A DNA stretch of 64,000 bases from NCBI GenBank assembly GCA_001599295.1, contig BCGN01000008.1, forward strand, positions 1,054,001 through 1,118,000, in the 5' to 3' direction. The notes beneath the pieces were generated by a model. It saw nothing but the letters and a program-made list of their open reading frames with translations. It was not told the DNA's origin and ran no database searches. Both the position numbers and the translations under genes were made by a program. This document shows positions 59,771 to 64,000 of this stretch, in pieces. Positions within the stretch are counted from its first letter, which is position 1. Each line of letters starts with the position of its first letter. Source of the DNA: Sporopachydermia quercuum. Lineage: Eukaryota.

Positions 59771-61067
59771 AGTATTACAGTTGGGTATTAATGCAGAAGA
59801 ATGCAAGGGAAGAAAGTATTAGAGCTCTACGGAGAGAAGTTAAGATAAAGGATGGGATATTATGTTGGCAATTAATGGAAGTGTTGTCACAATAGTTGTA
59901 CACTAATACAATTTTTTTTTCTTTCTTTGTTTGGTTGATTCGTTGTGTTATTTGGGATTGTTTTCGGTATATGAAAAGAATTAATGAGATACGGTTGAAA
60001 CCTGTTTGGTAAAAAGCAGGAGTGGATAAAAGTTAGAATAAATCGCGAATGAAAATTCTACGATTATGTATGAATCTGCAAGGATCAAATTAAGATTTTA
60101 TTATTGCTGTAGGTATATGTAGGCATACCGGAGGGTTCTCACAGCCTGCAAGGGCTTCTTGTCCAACAAAAATGCCCTTTAGTGCGTTTAAAGGAGACTT
60201 GGATGCAAGTTATTTCTTTATAAAATATTAGACGTATGATTCAAAACAAGCGAATTCGATATTGTTTCCTCAGCATTGCTTGTCTGAAGTGCGAATATGC
60301 AAAAATCCATATTCAGTTTCAACCTTATATCTTTTCCTTGCTCTTAGCAAATTGGCTCTACTTCACGTTTAAATCAAACACCGTTCTTCAACTAGATTGG
60401 ATTTAACTCTTTCCAACAATCAACACCCAATTTTCATTATCTCCTAAAATTTGAATCCCTTTCTTTAATTTTCAAAGTACTAGAGCTCTCTTCTTTTCCT
60501 CTCCTTAGTCACTATATCTCAACACCTCTAAGCATTATGTATCACGTAATCATCAATCCTCAACCAATTGCAACTGAAAGCATAATCAATTCCCAATTAA
60601 GCAACTATTGCCAAATACATCTTCCGCAACCATTTCCAATCAAATGGTACAATTGCTTCCCTTCTTAAGTTGATAGAGGCAAGAATCGAAAAGAAAGTAG
60701 GCATGTTTTGAATCCTAATAGCTAATAAATAGTCAATTGAGCAGCCAGTCAAATTGAATTTACAACAGAAATCAAACCTAGTTTGTTTTCTTTTGTTTTC
60801 CCGTGTTCATAGCAACAGTGCAAGCTGAGGTTACAGGATCATTATCTTCACTACACTTATTGTAATCATCCTTAACACACTTTCAAGTTGAGTTCTATAA
60901 GTATCAATCATTGGGCCAAAGGTTCAAAATATCTCCTTCAAACTACTTTTTGTTCAGGTAGAACCAACAACACTTTTAGAAGAGGTTTCAGAAGTATCAA
61001 TTTCAGTCCTAACAGAATCAATCAAGAGAACCATTTCTCAACATTATCTCCTATCACTTCCACCAAA

Positions 61068-62516
61068 ATGTCAACTGATTTAAATCCTTTATTTAAGAAA
61101 ATTGATGAATTGAAGCCTCAATTCATCTCTAGATTGGCTTCAGCAGTTAGTATTCCATCTGTTTCTGGTGATGAGTCTTTACGTCCTAAAGTGGTTGAGA
61201 TGGCTGATTTCTTGGTGAACGAGTTGAAAGCATTGAACGCCAATGAAGTAGTCGTGAAGCCATTGGGTATTCAACCTCCACCAGTTGTTGATCCTAATCT
61301 TGAATTGCCACCAATTGTTTTAGCCAGATTCGGTACTGATGAAAAGAAACCTAACATTCTCGTCTATGGACATTATGATGTTCAACCAGCTTTGATAGAG
61401 GATGGATGGGATACTAGTCCATTCGAATTGGTTGTCAAAGAGAAAGAAGATTTGCTTATTNGCCGAGGATCAACTGATGATAAAGGACCAGTCATGGGTT
61501 GGTTGAACGTCTTACAAGCTCATAAAGAGCTTGGAATTGAATTGCCTGTTAATTTGGTTTGCTGTTTCGAAGGTATGGAAGAATCAGGTTCTATAGGTCT
61601 TGATAAACTTGTTCACGATGAAGCTACTAAGTTCTTCAAAGGAGTTGATGCCGTATGCATCTCTGATAACTACTGGCTAGGTACAACACATCCGGTTTTG
61701 ACATATGGCTTACGAGGATGCAACTACTATCAAGTAACTGTTGAAGGACCCAAAGCTGATTTACACTCAGGTATATTTGGTGGCATTGTGCAAGAACCTA
61801 TGAGCGATTTGATTCACATTCTCAGTAAGCTTGTCGAACCTGTTTCTGGTAAGATTCTGATTCCTGGAGTTAATGAAATGGTTGCTCCTTTAACTGAGGA
61901 AGAAGAAAAGCTATATGATACTATCAAATTCGATGTTCAAGATTTACATGATGCTGCAGGTGCAGATATTGCTATTCATGATACTGCAAAGGATACCCTT
62001 ATGCATAGATGGAGATACCCATCACTGTCATTACATGGTATTGAAGGTGCATTTTCTGGTGGTGGTGCCAAGACTGTTATTCCTGCTAAAGTCATTGGTA
62101 AATTCTCTATAAGAACTATTCCTGATATTGTATCTTCTAAGCTAGATGAATATGTTTTCAAGTATATTAATGACGAATTTGCTAAGCTTGGATCAAAGAA
62201 TAAGCTGACTGTTGAATTGATTCACGACGGTAACTATTGGTTAGGAGATCCTAGTAACTTCAACTTCCTTGCTGCTAGAAAAGCAACAAAGGATGTTTGG
62301 GGAGTTGAACCTGATTTAACAAGAGAAGGTGGTTCCATTCCTATCACGCTTACTTTCCAGGACGAGTTGCAATGTAGTGTTTTATTGCTCCCTATGGGTA
62401 GAGGAGATGATGGGGCACATTCTACTAATGAAAAGATTAACATCAGCAATTACATTCAAGGAACTAAGACATTAGGTGCTTACTTACATCATGTTGCCCA
62501 TGAATTGGCTAAATAA
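61068..62516 (+). CDS. DUG1: Cys-Gly metallodipeptidase (M20A, CNDP2-like), AUG-initiated form 482 aa; frame open upstream to 60876
   Basis: YGHYDVQPA, RGSTDDKGP, FEGMEESGS, ISDNYWLG, DLHSGIFGG, REGGSIP and DDGAHSTNEK. Confidence 0.96.
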   Translation: MSTDLNPLFKKIDELKPQFISRLASAVSIPSVSGDESLRPKVVEMADFLVNELKALNANEVVVKPLGIQPPPVVDPNLELPPIVLARFGTDEKKPNILVYGHYDVQPALIEDGWDTSPFELVVKEKEDLLIXRGSTDDKGPVMGWLNVLQAHKELGIELPVNLVCCFEGMEESGSIGLDKLVHDEATKFFKGVDAVCISDNYWLGTTHPVLTYGLRGCNYYQVTVEGPKADLHSGIFGGIVQEPMSDLIHILSKLVEPVSGKILIPGVNEMVAPLTEEEEKLYDTIKFDVQDLHDAAGADIAIHDTAKDTLMHRWRYPSLSLHGIEGAFSGGGAKTVIPAKVIGKFSIRTIPDIVSSKLDEYVFKYINDEFAKLGSKNKLTVELIHDGNYWLGDPSNFNFLAARKATKDVWGVEPDLTREGGSIPITLTFQDELQCSVLLLPMGRGDDGAHSTNEKINISNYIQGTKTLGAYLHHVAHELAK

Positions 62517-64000
62517 GGATGGTCCTATCATGAATAGTTGAACATGTATAATACCATATACGAAGTAGTCTCCAATAGAAAGTTTACTATCAGAATAATG
62601 TGGGGTTAAGGGATGCTTAGTTTGATTAATAAGTTTTAAAGGGAACCAATATTGATAAAACCGGTACTGGAAAAGCCCGTATGATACTAAGAAGCTGTTG
62701 AACATGTACAATAGGTAATAGACAGATAGGTAGTAAAAAGCCGAACTGCGGAAAGGATTAGCCTAAATTTTGTAGAATTACCGCTAGCCACTAACGGCGT
62801 AATCAATGGCTCTGATGTACTATTGATATCTCGTAGAAAGGTATAATATATGAATTGTAGTAAATTTGTTCCTCCGTGAGGGGCATAGATTAAATATTAC
62901 GTGAACAGAAAAAATGTTTTGTGGAGAATTAGATGATTATGTATACCTACTATTTGACATCAGTCATATTGATATTGATACATGCATGATATATCTAATG
63001 GCTATCTTGATTGATCCCAAGTGATTTCATAATGATACCTCCAATATCCTTCAATGTCTATTTGATTGAATGTCTTATCATTGAGCCAATCATGATCCGC
63101 TTTCTATTGTTTTTCTTGACGCAGCTCACCAGTATCTCCTGCTAAATGCCTATATAGCTGTCATAAGCATTGCATGAACCATGCATAGAGTAAAACCTTA
63201 TTTTGACTAATCTCATCGTAAGCAAAATTAACAACATTGCGACAAGTTATCAGAACTCTGATATAGAAACAAATCGACAGCCGGAAATCACTCATTTTTA
63301 CCTGGTATTTATGCTTTTTAACTCTAACAAACATTTTCATCAAACTTCTTCACTTCTTTCAACATTCTCTCTCACCTGACCTGTCATTAATTTAAACCTT
63401 CCTACTTATGCACAACATCTGTATGCTGATGCATATAGCAAAACATGCCAATAACGCTTATTTCACCTGCCTAATCGAGACAGGTTATATCGCCGTTCTG
63501 TCTGCGGTCTTTTCCTTCCTCCAAACGTTCTGAGTGAATTTGCTGCTTATTTCCTTTTATGGATTGTTTTATTGATACTTGTTTCACGTTTTGAAGATGC
63601 TGTGCTTTTTATTATTGCTAAGATCATTGAGCTTGATTTGTGATTCTTAAATGTTGATTTAAAAGGTTGCGGTGATTGGTTCGTACAGGAAACTGTGTAA
63701 CTATGGGACTGTTGAATATTGCTGTGAGAATCTGTATACAATTCTCTCTATCAGATTGATAGCGGTTTGACGAGATTAGCAAGCTTGATTTGATGGTTCA
63801 ATAATTAAAAGCATTATTGCATGTTAATACTCTTAATACTCTGCCTTGTAATGTGCACAAGAAAGTTAAGTATTCAATTGTAAGATAAGGTTGGTACTTG
63901 CACTGGTATTGCTTTCTGGCTGAACATTTGATTGTATTGTTTGAACGTCCATTGATTCCCCTGTTGGTTCTGTGTTTATCGCCTGCTATTTTATCTTCCA

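Noticed and set aside
1..64000. Alternative CUG decoding; tRNA, snoRNA, LTR/transposon or CRISPR
   Set aside because: CTG occurs at conserved Leu sites (SEC18 IRNLF, MRPL19 VKLIV). I saw no convincing RNA-gene or mobile-element hallmarks by eye, but a covariance-model scan of the long introns and intergenic regions is needed to exclude snoRNAs.

Overview
This is eukaryotic nuclear DNA from a budding yeast (Saccharomycotina). The intron-rich gene structure and protein sequences suggest an early-diverging lineage, which is inference. It is AT-rich, CTG falls at conserved Leu positions (standard code), and scattered n bases are present. I can support 23 protein-coding genes, 9 of them rebuilt by hand across spliceosomal introns (GT(A/G)NGT donors, CTAAC-type branch points mostly 10-16 nt from the AG). 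In order: choline/ethanolamine kinase, KGD2, YOS9, ATP synthase subunit e, EMC10, an M1 aminopeptidase-like protein, SEC18, a RING-CH membrane protein, NRG1-like, HEM13, RPC11, ORC2, an Ark1/Prk1 kinase, MRP21, an AVT transporter, SHO1, MRPL19, GRS1, MED22, MDM34-like, TRS20, MTC4-like and DUG1. I recognised no tRNA, rRNA, transposon or CRISPR. The most notable oddities are: (1) KGD2 with two tandem lipoyl domains; (2) an M1 peptidase whose HEXXH catalytic Glu is Ile; (3) AUG-less, presequence-like N-terminal extensions on DUG1 and GRS1; (4) a candidate 4-nt micro-exon in the choline kinase 5'UTR; (5) an MDM34-like SMP domain split by large insertions. I found no multi-gene novel system. All family calls come from motif recognition, not database searches.
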